NCBI GenBank assembly: GCA_016187485.1
Contig: JACPJO010000005.1
Span: forward strand, 226,385-290,384
Source: Candidatus Uhrbacteria bacterium
Lineage (GTDB): Bacteria > Patescibacteriota > Patescibacteriia > UBA9934 > UBA10169
Length of the DNA: 64,000 bases
Direction: 5' to 3'
The notes under the pieces: generated by a model
What the model was told of the DNA's origin: nothing
What the model saw: the letters and a program-made list of their open reading frames with translations, nothing else
Database searches by the model: none
Shown: positions 33,452-43,581 of the stretch, piece by piece
Layout of the letters: the number at the start of each line of letters is the position of its first letter
Numbering within the stretch: position 1 is the stretch's first letter
Made by a program: the position numbers and the translations under genes

Positions 33452-34915
33452 TCAAGGGCGCACAGCCTGCCATATGCGGCGCAAAGCCGTCGCAAGAGTG
33501 AGGGGGGTGCGCGATAAGGTCGCCTTGTAACTATGCACGTCAAGCGACCCCTGTGTATCGTAAATCCCAGGAAGCGAAAGCGCAAATTTCCACGCTCCGC
33601 GCATCTTCGCCAGCATCTGCGCATCAAATGTCGCTTGTGCCAACACAAGCCCGTCCCTTTCTTCCGGCGGTGTGTAGGTCGCCACGACGTAATTAATCCC
33701 GCGTGCATCAAGATGTGTATCCCATTCCAGACGGAGAGGTTCCGGATTGAAGAAAGATTCTGCGGAGAGAGCGAAATGCCCGGCGCCGCGAAGAAGGATG
33801 TCCCCCTTTGGAATGTCTGCCACCACCACGTTTGCCTCGCGCACGCGCACGCGCGCCTGCACAAACGGTTCCTCCACCGCCACAAGCATGCGCCCAAAGG
33901 TCACTTCCTGCACGCCCTCCGCATGTTGCGTTTCCAGACTCACATTTTTTGCGTCTGTCCACACGCGTGTTGCGCGCACACCCTCACGATACCCCACTTC
34001 ATCACCAAGAAAAATCTGATGCAAAAACACAAGCTTTTGTTGCGGCGTCGTGATACGACGGATAAAGATGTCTCGATTGGCTTTCCAGATAATTTTGTAC
34101 ACGCCATCGGGCACCTGTGCGCGCACGGATACCTCGCGAAGTGCACTCCCCTCTCCTCCGCTTCCCACATTCCCATCATCCCCGATAGCCTTAGCGGCCA
34201 CAAGCTCGTTTGATTGGTTGAACACAAGAAGTTCAATCGGGTCTTCCCCCTGCGTTCGGTTCATGTCGGTATAAGCAACAGTAAACCGAAGCTCCTCGCC
34301 AGAGATGTAGGTGAGCGCCTCGTGCGCTCCGCGAAGCGAGACAGAAAATGTCTGTGGTACAGACATGGGACGGTATCCCGATAATCGGAACGGGCGATCG
34401 AACCGATAATGATACGTCGCAATCTCTGAAAGCGGCGGCGGATTCACTAAAAAGTCCGCAAGGGAAGCGTAAACCCCCGTTCGATCGTAGAGGACGACAT
34501 CTCCCTCACGGCGCTCCGTCCAATCAAGTGCGTCAAGCAGTTTGTTTTCCAGAGGCTTCAGGGTGTACGCGTCGCTTTCTGGATTTACCAACCCGCCGAT
34601 TTCCACCACGGGAAGTTCCGTGGGTTTATAGGCCACTTGCACCTTCACCGTCTCAAAATCGGTTGGCGGAGCAAGCGTGATATACACGGGATCCCCAACA
34701 ACTGACTGGAACGACCGGCCGTCCTCGTCCACATATACCTCTTCGGTACGTTCGTCAGGCAACGGGCGACTCCAGAATGGTGACGACTTCCCCGTTTCTC
34801 TTTGGATAGTAAGCGTGCCCGTGGGAACAAGTTCACGAGAAAGAAGAAAACCGACAAGCCCCACAGCGGCCGCAAGAAGAACGCCTTGATAGAGACGATA
34901 GACAACCGTCTTCAT
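33452..34915 (-). CDS. hypothetical membrane-anchored / exported protein
   Basis: About 487 aa, one N-terminal TM helix, a large beta-rich extracytoplasmic domain, no recognisable catalytic motif. Confidence 0.4.
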   Translation of the reverse strand: MKTVVYRLYQGVLLAAAVGLVGFLLSRELVPTGTLTIQRETGKSSPFWSRPLPDERTEEVYVDEDGRSFQSVVGDPVYITLAPPTDFETVKVQVAYKPTELPVVEIGGLVNPESDAYTLKPLENKLLDALDWTERREGDVVLYDRTGVYASLADFLVNPPPLSEIATYHYRFDRPFRLSGYRPMSVPQTFSVSLRGAHEALTYISGEELRFTVAYTDMNRTQGEDPIELLVFNQSNELVAAKAIGDDGNVGSGGEGSALREVSVRAQVPDGVYKIIWKANRDIFIRRITTPQQKLVFLHQIFLGDEVGYREGVRATRVWTDAKNVSLETQHAEGVQEVTFGRMLVAVEEPFVQARVRVREANVVVADIPKGDILLRGAGHFALSAESFFNPEPLRLEWDTHLDARGINYVVATYTPPEERDGLVLAQATFDAQMLAKMRGAWKFALSLPGIYDTQGSLDVHSYKATLSRTPLTLATALRRIWQAVRP

Positions 34916-36531
34916 AGCGACGCAAATTGATACAGCGTTTGATCTCCCATTGTCCAACGTTCCTCTGCTCGCAGACCACGAGGAGAAAGCAGTGTGCCGT
35001 TCAAGTACAAGAGGTCGTCTGCGGGAAGAGTGAGACCGAAGTAATACAGAGGTACGTCGCGCGTAACAAGAAGAGGGAGGACATCCAGAGTCGCCTCTCT
35101 GCGCAACGGCGTCACGACGCGGCGACGTGGAAAAAGAACTTTGTCCGCGCGGTCAACCACAATCACACTGTCCGCTTCCGTACGCGAGATAATTTCTGCG
35201 CGCACCTCTACGTTCTCCAAAAGTATGCGGCGCGTAGCTAATAGTCCATCGTCGGGGTGAAAGTAGACGATACGAATGGAGAAAAAAACAACAAGGAGAA
35301 TAAGTGCGGATGCCAGCATCCCGCGGCCGGTAGCATGGCGAACACGCGCCAGAAAACTATCCAGGGCAAGCGCGGCGGGGATCGTCATAGCAAACGAGAG
35401 CGGGAGCCAGTACCGTACATAGGAATTTGCCAGCGTCTCTGCTGTGGGGTCCGGCGTATCGGAAATATTCCACGAGCCGTAGAAGAGCACAAGATAGGTC
35501 CCGGCAAGAAGAGAGGCAAGCCCTATGGCACGCCCAGAGCGGGTAGCAAAAAGAGCGGGAAGACCGAGCAGAGCGAGAAGGGCAATCCACCACATCCGTT
35601 CAAATTGATACGTCGCAACCTTCCCGAGAGCCGCCTTCGGAGCGATCCCAAAGGGAAAAAGAACGCGTGTATCCTCGCTCTGAACAGACAACAGGCTACG
35701 AGAAACTGATAACGAGGAACTGGCAACGTTCGTTGCGTATCCCGTTCGGAGGGGCGAGCCAAAGGCAATCGTGTTCCAGAGAAAAAACGGGGCGGCGAAA
35801 AGAAGCACGCTCACAAAAAGCAGACTAATCTGTTTCCAAGAGAGGGCTCGGGGGAAAAAGAAAAGGAGGACGGCACCAACACCGGCAATCCATATCCCCT
35901 CGGAAGTGCGGAAAAAAAGGGCTGTGCCAAGAGCAGCCCCAGCAAAAAAGAGGTCTCGCCAGCATGGAGAGGGCCACGAAGAAACAACCCTCACAGAGCG
36001 GCGCGTTAATGGACGCTCCAAGAGAAAATAAAGTCCGATGATAAGGAGCGAGACGAACGGCACGCTTGGCATGAATAGGCGTGCGCTATAAAACAAGAAG
36101 CCTGGTAAAAGAAGAGCGATCCACCCTGCAAGCGTCCCCACGCGTTCCGACACAAACACACGGGCAACAATGCGACGCCACGCACAGAGCGCAAGCACAG
36201 CAAGAGCGGGCGTGATCCAGCCTACCATAGCAAACGGCAAAAGAGCGCCAAGAATGCCATACCACACGGGAAGCCCCATAAATCCTACCGGCAAAAGGCG
36301 GTCGCCCAAAGAGCGCATGCTTCGCGGCCCCAAAACTCCACCGACCGACGGATTTAGGAACTCTCGCTCCCAAAAGACACCCTCGTCGCGAAATCGCTCG
36401 ATCACGGTGGCAAAGGCGCGTTCATCCGGCGAGTTGTACATGTCCGGCACGCCCACCGACAAAATAAGGCTTGCAAAAAAGAAGAGAACGAGAGCCACAC
36501 GCCATACCCATCGCTCTTTACAGACCATAGG
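34912..36531 (-). CDS. GT-C fold membrane glycosyltransferase (PMT/ArnT-like, GT39/GT83-type)
   Basis: Eleven or more TM helices; an N-terminal loop with a DE-type motif (PDMYNSPDERAF); the architecture of ArnT/PMT-family transferases. Confidence 0.5.
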   Translation of the reverse strand, partial: PMVCKERWVWRVALVLFFFASLILSVGVPDMYNSPDERAFATVIERFRDEGVFWEREFLNPSVGGVLGPRSMRSLGDRLLPVGFMGLPVWYGILGALLPFAMVGWITPALAVLALCAWRRIVARVFVSERVGTLAGWIALLLPGFLFYSARLFMPSVPFVSLLIIGLYFLLERPLTRRSVRVVSSWPSPCWRDLFFAGAALGTALFFRTSEGIWIAGVGAVLLFFFPRALSWKQISLLFVSVLLFAAPFFLWNTIAFGSPLRTGYATNVASSSLSVSRSLLSVQSEDTRVLFPFGIAPKAALGKVATYQFERMWWIALLALLGLPALFATRSGRAIGLASLLAGTYLVLFYGSWNISDTPDPTAETLANSYVRYWLPLSFAMTIPAALALDSFLARVRHATGRGMLASALILLVVFFSIRIVYFHPDDGLLATRRILLENVEVRAEIISRTEADSVIVVDRADKVLFPRRRVVTPLRREATLDVLPLLVTRDVPLYYFGLTLPADDLLYLNGTLLSPRGLRAEERWTMGDQTLYQFASL

Positions 36532-37093
36532 TAAACAAACTGATGATCCCAAAAACAATCGCGAGCGATAACGTCCCCACCGAAACCGGAATAAACAAAT
36601 CCACCCCAAGCCACACGGCTACCAAAAGCGACATTACGCCGACCACTTGTAGAAACATCTTAATCTTCCCCCACACGTTTGCCGTCACCGCAATCCCCTG
36701 TCGCTTGCGGATAAGACCGCCCATGACAATGGTAAGCTCCACAAAAATGATGAGGAGGCCAAACAATATGTTAATATGTTGCATGACAATGAGCAGCACG
36801 ACCGAGCTGATAAGAAGTTTGTCGGCCACGGGGTCATAAAATGTGCCCCACGCCGTTATCTGCCTTCGGGTGCGGGCCAGTGTGCCGTCAAGAGCATCCG
36901 TGAAGGCCGCAAACAAAAAGAGCGGCACGCCGACACGATAACTTTCTTCCGCTAAGAGCCACAGCACAAGCGGCGTCAAGGTCATGCGTAGAACGGTAAG
37001 GTGGTTCGGCCGGAGCCACAAGGGAAAAAGGTCTGTGAGCACGCGTAAGAGGTGGTCGAACGGATAGAGCTTAAGCGGATCGCGGTCCTTCAT
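36518..37093 (-). CDS. CDP-alcohol phosphatidyltransferase family protein
   Basis: DALDGTLARTRRQITAWGTFYDPVADK matches the D-x2-DG-x2-AR...G-x3-D-x3-D signature. Confidence 0.7.
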   Translation of the reverse strand: MKDRDPLKLYPFDHLLRVLTDLFPLWLRPNHLTVLRMTLTPLVLWLLAEESYRVGVPLFLFAAFTDALDGTLARTRRQITAWGTFYDPVADKLLISSVVLLIVMQHINILFGLLIIFVELTIVMGGLIRKRQGIAVTANVWGKIKMFLQVVGVMSLLVAVWLGVDLFIPVSVGTLSLAIVFGIISLFTYGL

Positions 37094-37106
37094 AAGAAGC
37101 ACAGTT

Positions 37107-39215
37107 TTGGGATACAATAGCCTGCATATGCTCGCACGAGCGCCGATCAACTATACCATCGCCAGCTTCTTCTATCTAGCGGTATTCGTGGCAAACCGAT
37201 TTGTTTTCGCATCTCCCCTCATCGGTGTCATTCTCCTCGGCCTCTTCTTTGCTCTCTTTGGCCGACAGCTTGGCGCGTGGTGTGTGCGGAATCTCTCCGT
37301 GTGGTGGCAAACCGCGATCGGGAGCGTGTTGCTTCTGAGCGCACTCATGGTTGCCGGTACAACGCTCTACTACGTCGCCTTTCTTCCAGAAGAACTGTGG
37401 GTTGTGCTCGTCCTTCTTACACCTGTGGCGGTCTGGCTTCTTCATCCACATTACCCCGCCTCTTTGAGTGAATTTTGGAAGAGCCGCCCGCATGCCGTTG
37501 CCCGCCCCCTTCTTCTCTCCGTCGCCGCGGGAATCGCGTTTCTCGTCGGACTCTTTCTGCTTGTGGGAAATGTTGAAATTCTCGACGCCGTGCGGTCCCC
37601 ATGGGAGCGTGTCCCCCTCGTTGTTTTTTGGCTTTTCGGTCTCCTTGCACTCATCCTCTCTACTCTTTGTTTCTACGGACGGAGCCGCGCGCTCACCTTC
37701 CCCCTCGTTGTCACGTCTCTTTTTTTGGTCCTCGCGGTCGCCATTCTCGTTTATCCCCTCGGATTTGGATTCGACAGCTTCCTTCACCGTGCCACGGAAT
37801 CCCACATCGCACAGTTCGGTTCTATTGATCCAAAACCTCTGTACTACATCGGGCAATATGTGCTCGTCTTATTCACCAGTTCGGCTTTTTCTCTTTCCCT
37901 TCCCCTTGTTGATCGGCTTCTCGTTCCCGTCCTTGCCGCTCTGCTCATCCCCGCCGCGTGGTATTTCGCAAGCGGTACGCTCGGAAAAAATAAACGGGGG
38001 AGCTTCTTTTCCCTCATTGGTGTTTTTCTTCTCCCGCTCTCTGGATGGATTGTCACGACCCCGCAGGGACTAGCAAATCTTTGGACGCTCCTCCTCATCC
38101 TTCTCTCTCTTCCCTATCTCTCCACCCGCGAAGGGCTGGGCCTCCGCCCTCTTGCCCTCCTCACAGCCGCCGCACTCGCCATCCATCCGCTCGCCGGCAT
38201 TCCCGCCCTTCTCTACCTTGCCCTCGTCATCGCGCATGTGCACAGCTCTAAAAAAGTCCTTTGGCTTGTCGCGCTCGGAGGAAGCGTGAGTTTGCCCATC
38301 ATCTTTGCTATCAACTCGGCCATCTCCGGCCTTCCCATGCGGTTTGACCTCTCCGCTGTCTCTCCTCTCTCCTGGCTCGACTCCATGCGTCTCAATTTAG
38401 TCTTCCAAAGCGGCTACGACATTTTGCTTGACGTTGTCTATCTCTTTTCTGCTAACCACCTCCTTCTTTTCCTTCTCATCGGTGGCTGGATGCTCTGGAG
38501 CTTGCGACATGCGATGCCGGCTTCTCTTCGTCTCCCCGCCATCATGGCCGGCGTCATGCTCATCAACTATCTATTCTTATCGAGTGCCGTCGAGTTCAGT
38601 TTCTTGATTGATTACGAACGGTCCAACTACGCCAACCGCCTTCTGGTTCTTGTGTTCTTTTTCTTGGCGCCCTACCTCCTTTTATTTTTGTCGCGCACGT
38701 GGGAACGTGTAGCGAATGGCCCTGTGGTGAGTCGTGCCTTCCTCTGCATCATCGTTGCATCCCTCCTCACGAGCCAGTTCTACCTCACCTACCCACGCCG
38801 TGATAACTACGAGACGAGCCACGGGTTCAACACAAGTGTGGCAGATGTTGCCGCTGTGGAATACATTCACGAGAACGCGCCGACGGACTACCTTGTGCTC
38901 TCCAACCAGCAGGTAGCCGCAGCCGCTGTGGAGCGCTACGGGTTCCTGCGATATTACGATGACGCCTTTTACTACCCTATTCCCACCGGCGGCGAAATGT
39001 ACCAGAAGTTTCTTGCTATGAACGAACGGCCGACACGCGAGATTATGCTCGAAGCCATGCAGAAAGCCAGCGTGTACACGGCGTATTATGTCGTAGACAA
39101 TTATTGGTGGGAGGCGCCGCGGATTATTGAGACCGCAAAAACTAACGCGGACGAATGGATCGCCCTTCGTGAGGGGGCAGTGCACGTGTTTCGTTACAAT
39201 CGGCTAGATCGTTGA
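37107..39215 (+). CDS. large polytopic membrane protein with a C-terminal extracytoplasmic domain (possible GT-C-like glycosyltransferase)
   Basis: 702 aa, about 13 or more TM helices, then a roughly 180-aa soluble C-terminal domain; no clean family motif recognised. Confidence 0.4.
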   Translation: MGYNSLHMLARAPINYTIASFFYLAVFVANRFVFASPLIGVILLGLFFALFGRQLGAWCVRNLSVWWQTAIGSVLLLSALMVAGTTLYYVAFLPEELWVVLVLLTPVAVWLLHPHYPASLSEFWKSRPHAVARPLLLSVAAGIAFLVGLFLLVGNVEILDAVRSPWERVPLVVFWLFGLLALILSTLCFYGRSRALTFPLVVTSLFLVLAVAILVYPLGFGFDSFLHRATESHIAQFGSIDPKPLYYIGQYVLVLFTSSAFSLSLPLVDRLLVPVLAALLIPAAWYFASGTLGKNKRGSFFSLIGVFLLPLSGWIVTTPQGLANLWTLLLILLSLPYLSTREGLGLRPLALLTAAALAIHPLAGIPALLYLALVIAHVHSSKKVLWLVALGGSVSLPIIFAINSAISGLPMRFDLSAVSPLSWLDSMRLNLVFQSGYDILLDVVYLFSANHLLLFLLIGGWMLWSLRHAMPASLRLPAIMAGVMLINYLFLSSAVEFSFLIDYERSNYANRLLVLVFFFLAPYLLLFLSRTWERVANGPVVSRAFLCIIVASLLTSQFYLTYPRRDNYETSHGFNTSVADVAAVEYIHENAPTDYLVLSNQQVAAAAVERYGFLRYYDDAFYYPIPTGGEMYQKFLAMNERPTREIMLEAMQKASVYTAYYVVDNYWWEAPRIIETAKTNADEWIALREGAVHVFRYNRLDR

Positions 39216-40379
39216 AAGAAGATGAAGAAAACGTTCTCGATAAAGATCCGCGCTGAATCGTTCCGCGCGCGTTTTGATTTCTTCTCTCGCGTTGGGTCGC
39301 GTAAGAACCACGTTGATCTTCTGCGCGAGTTCTTCCGCGTTTCCCGGCGTCACCAGTTCACCATCTCCCACTTCTAACAACTCCGGGATACCCCCAATGC
39401 GCGAAGCAACCACCGGCGTGCCCACCGATAAGGATTCCAAAATTACGTTGGGGGTATTTTCATAACACAAAGACGGGACGACAACCACGCGCGCGTGCTG
39501 CATGCGCGCGTGTACTTTTGCAGGCGAGAGCCGGCCCAACACTTCCACCGACGCGCAGCTTCCCACAAACGCCGCAACTTCCTTGACGAGCGATCCGTCT
39601 CCGGCAACGGCCAATCGCGCGCCTTGCACATGTGGCCATGCCTCAAGCAGTGTACGGAGTCCCTTGTGAGGCTCAAGCTGGCTTACACACAACACGACCG
39701 GTTCTTTTGTCTCCCCTCCAGATTCATCGGCCACAAGCGTCGGATCCCACGACACGGGATTTTGCACAACGGCTGTCTGGCTATCCGGGAAAAATCCTGC
39801 CGCGCGGTGCTCATCCAAAAGATAGCGCGAGGGTGACACGACAAGGGCGGGATTGCCAATCAAGGAACGCGTCGTCGCCATATAGCGGCCCTGAAAAAAA
39901 CTCTCGGTCTGCCAATGATGTTCCGCCCCCCATATCTTGAGCCCGCTTGGCACAAGAAGTTGAAGATCGTGGAGGACGTGCACGTGCGGGATGCCGCTTG
40001 ACTGAATTGCGCGGAACGCTTGAAGACCAAATCCCTTCATGTTATGCGTCACAATGAGATCCGGCTGCTCCGTCTTGATAGCAGAAACGACAAGGGCCGC
40101 GGGAAACCTTCCAAACGTGTCGCGCGCGTGCCACAGCATGCGTTTCCAAAACGGCTGCCCGGCATCGTGTAGCGTGTGATACAGATTGCGCGGCCGGAAA
40201 CGCCGAACCGTGAGCCCCGACTCCATACGTGTCTCGGGCATCGCGCCGGACGGAGTGGTGGAAAGAACCACGACTTCGTGGCCGGCACGTGCTAAAAGCT
40301 TGGCCTGCAGCTCGGCGATACGCTCCGCGCCGCCGCGCACGAAGGGCGGAAAAAGATTGGAGAGAAGAAGAATCTTCAC
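39204..40379 (-). CDS. family 4 glycosyltransferase
   Basis: GT-B fold; C-terminal ENTPNVILESLSVGTPVVASRIGGIPE. Confidence 0.75.
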   Translation of the reverse strand: MKILLLSNLFPPFVRGGAERIAELQAKLLARAGHEVVVLSTTPSGAMPETRMESGLTVRRFRPRNLYHTLHDAGQPFWKRMLWHARDTFGRFPAALVVSAIKTEQPDLIVTHNMKGFGLQAFRAIQSSGIPHVHVLHDLQLLVPSGLKIWGAEHHWQTESFFQGRYMATTRSLIGNPALVVSPSRYLLDEHRAAGFFPDSQTAVVQNPVSWDPTLVADESGGETKEPVVLCVSQLEPHKGLRTLLEAWPHVQGARLAVAGDGSLVKEVAAFVGSCASVEVLGRLSPAKVHARMQHARVVVVPSLCYENTPNVILESLSVGTPVVASRIGGIPELLEVGDGELVTPGNAEELAQKINVVLTRPNAREEIKTRAERFSADLYRERFLHLLSTI

Positions 40380-41515
40380 ACGGATTTCACAAGGCCGCGG
40401 TACACACTTGCAAGCCGTTCAATGATAGGCGGCCAGGCATACTCAATCTCGGCACGGCGGCGCGCCTGTTCCCCCATGCGCTCCGCAATCGTCGGGTTTG
40501 TCACAAAGGTGCGGAGCGCACCGGCCAACGATGTTGCATCGCGCGGCGCGGCTCGCAGTCCCGTCTGTCCATCAAGCACGACCGTGCGCACACCGGGCAG
40601 ATCGCTCACGACGGAGGGGATGCCGCTTGCCGCCGCCTCAAGCGTCACCATGCCAAACGCCTCCGAACGGTCGGTCGAAGGCAGAACATGCACCGTTGCG
40701 GCGCGGTAATAATCGGGAAGATCTTTGTGCGCCACTTTGCCGGCAAAATGCACGCGCTTGGCCACGGCGCTTATTTGCGTCATGGCTTCATAACTTGCGC
40801 GCGCATTTCCCTCGCCCACAATGAGCGCGTGCCAGCCCACATCGGCCATCTTCTCAAGCGCATCCAGAAGAACGGCGACACCTTTGAAGTAATGCGCATC
40901 GTCAAGGCCACCCACAAACAAAATCACCGGCTCCGTGTCGGGGATATTATGGCGCGCACGAATAGAGGGGGCGCGTCCGGGCGAAAACCGTTCAAGGTCT
41001 ACGCCAAAGGGAATCTCCTCCACGCGCATATCGTCCAAAATAAGCCGGATGTCGGATGACTCGGCGTAGTCCATCGAGCTCACCAGAATCCTGTCCGCAC
41101 GACGCATGATGGACGGCATGAGCGCGCGGCGGTGCGCCGCAAATACAAGCCGCTTCGCGCCATGCGCCACAACGTCCATGTGGTATGTCACGACAAGCGG
41201 AATTTTTTTGTTGGTCAGCTCCTCAAACGCCACGACCTCCGCTCCTCCAAAAAACGGGTAATGCAAGTGGATCAGATCATACTGCGACAAGACACTGCGC
41301 AGACGTGGAATAAATGCGGCATTTCCCCACTCCACCAGCGGTGCCATGCGGTGCACATACGGAGGATCCTCCGTATAGTGATTCGTCCTGTATGCAGGCG
41401 TGGTCACATGCACATCCATCCCCGCATCGCGGAGCCGACTCGTGTATTCTTGCGCAATGGCTCCGATTCCTCCCGCATACGGAGGATACACGGGGGTCAC
41501 CTGTACTATTTTCAT
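40376..41515 (-). CDS. family 4 glycosyltransferase
   Basis: MKIVQVTPVYPPYAGGIG...EAFGMVTLEAAASGIPSVVSDLPG. Confidence 0.75.
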   Translation of the reverse strand: MKIVQVTPVYPPYAGGIGAIAQEYTSRLRDAGMDVHVTTPAYRTNHYTEDPPYVHRMAPLVEWGNAAFIPRLRSVLSQYDLIHLHYPFFGGAEVVAFEELTNKKIPLVVTYHMDVVAHGAKRLVFAAHRRALMPSIMRRADRILVSSMDYAESSDIRLILDDMRVEEIPFGVDLERFSPGRAPSIRARHNIPDTEPVILFVGGLDDAHYFKGVAVLLDALEKMADVGWHALIVGEGNARASYEAMTQISAVAKRVHFAGKVAHKDLPDYYRAATVHVLPSTDRSEAFGMVTLEAAASGIPSVVSDLPGVRTVVLDGQTGLRAAPRDATSLAGALRTFVTNPTIAERMGEQARRRAEIEYAWPPIIERLASVYRGLVKSV

Positions 41516-42588
41516 AGACATCTCTTTGCAATAATCCAATAGAGAGCGAGGGAGGGATTTAAAAGCGCGCGTACAAAAAACCGATCAACCTCTTGATGCT
41601 TGATGCGCCCAACAAACAGCGCACAAACTTCGCGGTCACTTTGCATACGCAGTTGCCCTATCATTTTGCGCGTTTTCCGTATATAGCGCCAGCAGCACGG
41701 GTCTACCATCCACAACCAACTGCGCACTTTTTGCCCTCCCCAGCCGCCAGAGAGCGCGCCTGCGAACACAACTGCCTCCATAAAAAGAAGGGCCGGAGCA
41801 AGAAGAAGGAGGCTCCGCCACGACAAATGGGAAATATGCGTGAGCAGGCGGTTGCGCTCCATCCAGTACATTTTTTTCGTACTGCGGCGAAATTCGTAAT
41901 CATGAAAAACTTCCGCCGAAGGGGCAAGGATACTCTCCCACCCTGCAAGTCGCAGTCGCCACCCCATTTCCAAATCTTCGTGGTACATCCAAAAAAACTC
42001 TTCCAGTAGTCCAACATCACGAAGGGCTTTTGCGCGATAGAGCACTCCCGCACCGCTTGCGTACCCGATCCTCTCTCCCTCTCTGTAGGCATATGACGTG
42101 CGGAACTCTCCAAGATTACGTGTGATGCCAAACCCAAGATAGTGTATATCGTTGCCGCTTGTGTTGATACGTGTCGGATCATTCCACAGAAGAATCATTG
42201 GCTGCACGGCACCGGCTTGTGGATGCACCTCTGCCACACGAACAGCTTCGCTGATTGTTGTAGGAGCGAGTTTCGCGTCGTTGTTGAGGAGAAACACATA
42301 GTCATAGCCGTGATCAAGCGCCCAGCGGATGCCTTGATTATTCCCTTTTGCAAAGCCAACGTTTTCGTCATTCTCCACAAAGATGACTTCGGGAAGATTA
42401 CGACCGGAACGCGGCACGATATGCTCACGCACATATCGCGCGGAAGGGCCGTGACACGAATTGTCTACAATCACCCACGCCACGTGGTCACGCGGGTATA
42501 CCGTCTCCGTCAAAGACAAAGCCGCCTCGTTGAGGTAACGAGGCTCGTCGTAATAGGTAAGCGAGATGACGGCGACACGCTTAGTCAT
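41512..42588 (-). CDS. family 2 glycosyltransferase (rhamnosyltransferase-like)
   Basis: GT-A fold with VAVISLTYYDE...VFLLNNDAKL...DxD-like region. Confidence 0.65.
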   Translation of the reverse strand: MTKRVAVISLTYYDEPRYLNEAALSLTETVYPRDHVAWVIVDNSCHGPSARYVREHIVPRSGRNLPEVIFVENDENVGFAKGNNQGIRWALDHGYDYVFLLNNDAKLAPTTISEAVRVAEVHPQAGAVQPMILLWNDPTRINTSGNDIHYLGFGITRNLGEFRTSYAYREGERIGYASGAGVLYRAKALRDVGLLEEFFWMYHEDLEMGWRLRLAGWESILAPSAEVFHDYEFRRSTKKMYWMERNRLLTHISHLSWRSLLLLAPALLFMEAVVFAGALSGGWGGQKVRSWLWMVDPCCWRYIRKTRKMIGQLRMQSDREVCALFVGRIKHQEVDRFFVRALLNPSLALYWIIAKRCL

Positions 42589-42913
42589 GAGGATCTTCCT
42601 TAAGAGCAATGGAGCGCACAAGCTGGCTCATGTCCTGTTCCACGCGCTCCAGTTTCACAAAGAGACGAAAGACCAGATAAAAGAGCGCGGCAAGCGAGAC
42701 ATAAATGACGAGATCTGCACCGCGGCCTACTCCAAGCCGATTGGCAAACCACTGGGTTGTCTGCGGCAAAAGCGCCACAAGTCCGACCGCAAGCCAAAAC
42801 AACACCCACCCCGCGGCCCGCACAAGGGAAAGCTGGCCTCGCCGCACTTGGCCGAGCGCGCGCACGATGGCAAACAGACAGAACAAGAGAATAGCAACTT
42901 GAATACCGAGCAT
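42581..42913 (-). CDS. small membrane protein (DUF2304-like, commonly next to GT2 genes)
   Basis: 110 aa, 3 TM helices, hydrophilic C-terminal tail; position immediately downstream of a GT2 gene. Confidence 0.35.
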   Translation of the reverse strand: MLGIQVAILLFCLFAIVRALGQVRRGQLSLVRAAGWVLFWLAVGLVALLPQTTQWFANRLGVGRGADLVIYVSLAALFYLVFRLFVKLERVEQDMSQLVRSIALKEDPHD

Positions 42914-42915
42914 AA

Positions 42916-43581
42916 CTACATCAGTTTACGCAAGAGAAGTTTCCCTGCCGTAGAGAGTCCCACAAAAAAGCTCTGGCCCTTTGACAGAGAGTAGTCTGTG
43001 TACTTCACCGAACAAGGAATTTCACAGAAAGAAATATTTTTATCGCGGATTTCCTTAATGAACTCAGACGAGACTTCCATGCGATTGCTCCGAAGCGTCA
43101 GACGCGAGGCGCCCGCCCGTGTGAACGCGCGGAAACCGCTTTGCGAATCCGTGACCCACAGACCGAAGAGTGCCCACGTCACGGCATTGCCAATCCAATT
43201 ATACAAACGGCGATACGCCGGCATACCAGATTTCTGGAGCAGCCGCGAGCCGATAACCGCATCTACATGCTTCTCTTCGATTGCGCGGATAAAATGCGGG
43301 ATCTCGGAGGGATCGTGCTGGCCATCGGCGTCAAGCGTGATAAGTATGTCTGCACCGCGCTTGAGCGCTGCAGAAATCCCTGTGGCAAGGGTCGCCCCAA
43401 GTCCGCGGTTCATTATGTGCGCGTACACGCAAGCCCCTGCTTCTTTTGCCCGTTTGGCCGTTTCATCTTTCGATCCATCGTCAATCACCACAACTTCGGA
43501 AACAAAAGGAAGAGCGGCTCTCACCACCGATCCTACCATCGACGCCTCATTGTACGCGGGAATAACCGCAATAATTTTCAC
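42916..43581 (-). CDS. family 2 glycosyltransferase (polyprenyl-phosphate sugar synthase / DPM1-like)
   Basis: MKIIAVIPAYNEASMVGSVV...VIDDGSKDET...LDADGQHDP. Confidence 0.75.
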   Translation of the reverse strand: MKIIAVIPAYNEASMVGSVVRAALPFVSEVVVIDDGSKDETAKRAKEAGACVYAHIMNRGLGATLATGISAALKRGADILITLDADGQHDPSEIPHFIRAIEEKHVDAVIGSRLLQKSGMPAYRRLYNWIGNAVTWALFGLWVTDSQSGFRAFTRAGASRLTLRSNRMEVSSEFIKEIRDKNISFCEIPCSVKYTDYSLSKGQSFFVGLSTAGKLLLRKLM

